Shown here: in pieces, positions 63,116 to 64,000 of the stretch
How the letters are laid out: each line of letters opens with the position of its first letter
Position numbering within the stretch: position 1 is the first letter of the stretch
Origin: Raillietiella orientalis
Lineage: Eukaryota
DNA: 64,000 bases
NCBI GenBank assembly: GCA_036172245.1
Contig: JAYWIR010000005.1
Span: forward strand, 4,898,001 to 4,962,000
Direction of reading: 5' to 3'
Notes under the pieces: generated by a model
Database searches by the model: none
What the model saw: the letters and a program-made list of their open reading frames with translations, nothing else
Told to the model about the DNA's origin: nothing
Translations under genes and position numbers: made by a program

Positions 63116-64000
63116 GGTAGTCGACGCACGTGGTTTCGAACGGTCCCGGTTATCGTCATCGATGGTAACGCCCCATCGGACACCTTCGCTCCTGCGCCGT
63201 GCAACCCAGGTTCTCAAACGAAACAAAAAAAACCACACAAGGGAGCCGGCTTCTCAGAGGAGGCGGTTCTTGCTCCGGATGCTCTGCGACAAGTGTTCGC
63301 ACCAACAACTGCACTTTCCTCTTCCCTTCCATTTTTTTTAAAAAAAAAATAAATAAAAATAAAAACGAAAAACAAGGTCTACTCCCCCTCCCTTTTTGAT
63401 GTGCATTTGTTATTAAGATAGAATAACAGCGCGTTTGATCAGATCAGCTGCTCTGCCTCCATTTGATTTTTCCGCACTGCAGTGGAAGAACGGTAATGGC
63501 TTGAGAAGTGTTTTAAGACAAGTCAGCCTCGCATCTGCAACACCAACCCCCGATTAGTGTGACAGATACGTCGCGAATGTCCCGCATCAAACCGAGTGAA
63601 GTTAAGCGAGTGCAGATTCCAGCAGAAAATAGGGGGATGAATTGCGAAAGGTCCATAAGTTTCTCGAAACGAGGCAAACAAGCAGGAATCTGATTTTAGG
63701 GGTAAATTTCCCTCCCTGAAGCCGGGGAGAAGGAGACGGAGTGTTCCGCATCGAAGTGCTCCCGCAAGAACTCCGTTCCATCGGACGGAGTTCGATGAAC
63801 GCGGAGAAACTTCCGCGGTCTTCATCGCAAAATTTCCGGTTCTTCTCGGCTTGAGCAACGCACCATCGAGAGGCGACAGTCCGTGAAGGAGGGGAGGGGG
63901 GGTTCAGCATTAAAAACACACACAAAATGCAGCATTGCAAGGGGGGCCACTGTGAGTGGAACCCTTTCGTTAACCAGTGGGTTAGGGACGTTTGCCCGAC

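Overview
Eukaryotic (probably metazoan, invertebrate-like) nuclear DNA with no intact host gene, RNA gene or CRISPR array that I can support. It is CpG-rich, alternates GC-rich blocks (about 1-10 kb, 14-16 kb, 36-52 kb, judged by eye) with more AT-rich ones, and carries many homopolymer and microsatellite tracts. The hundreds of short overlapping ORFs are not genes. Read across frameshifts, many contain eroded but correctly ordered motifs of non-LTR retrotransposon (LINE) ORF2: AP-endonuclease, RT domains 0-7, RNase H and the C-terminal CCHC knuckle. I count about 27 such relics, apparently from several clades, 20 on + and 7 on -. The window therefore looks like a dense, strand-biased graveyard of very old LINEs, possibly a piRNA-cluster-like locus (inference). 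The one clear, younger element is a mariner (DD34D) transposase remnant at about 30.8-31.4 kb, rearranged into a fold-back with 131-bp inverted arms. All LINE calls are by-eye matches to family consensus motifs; none is a database result, and individual calls need HMM confirmation.
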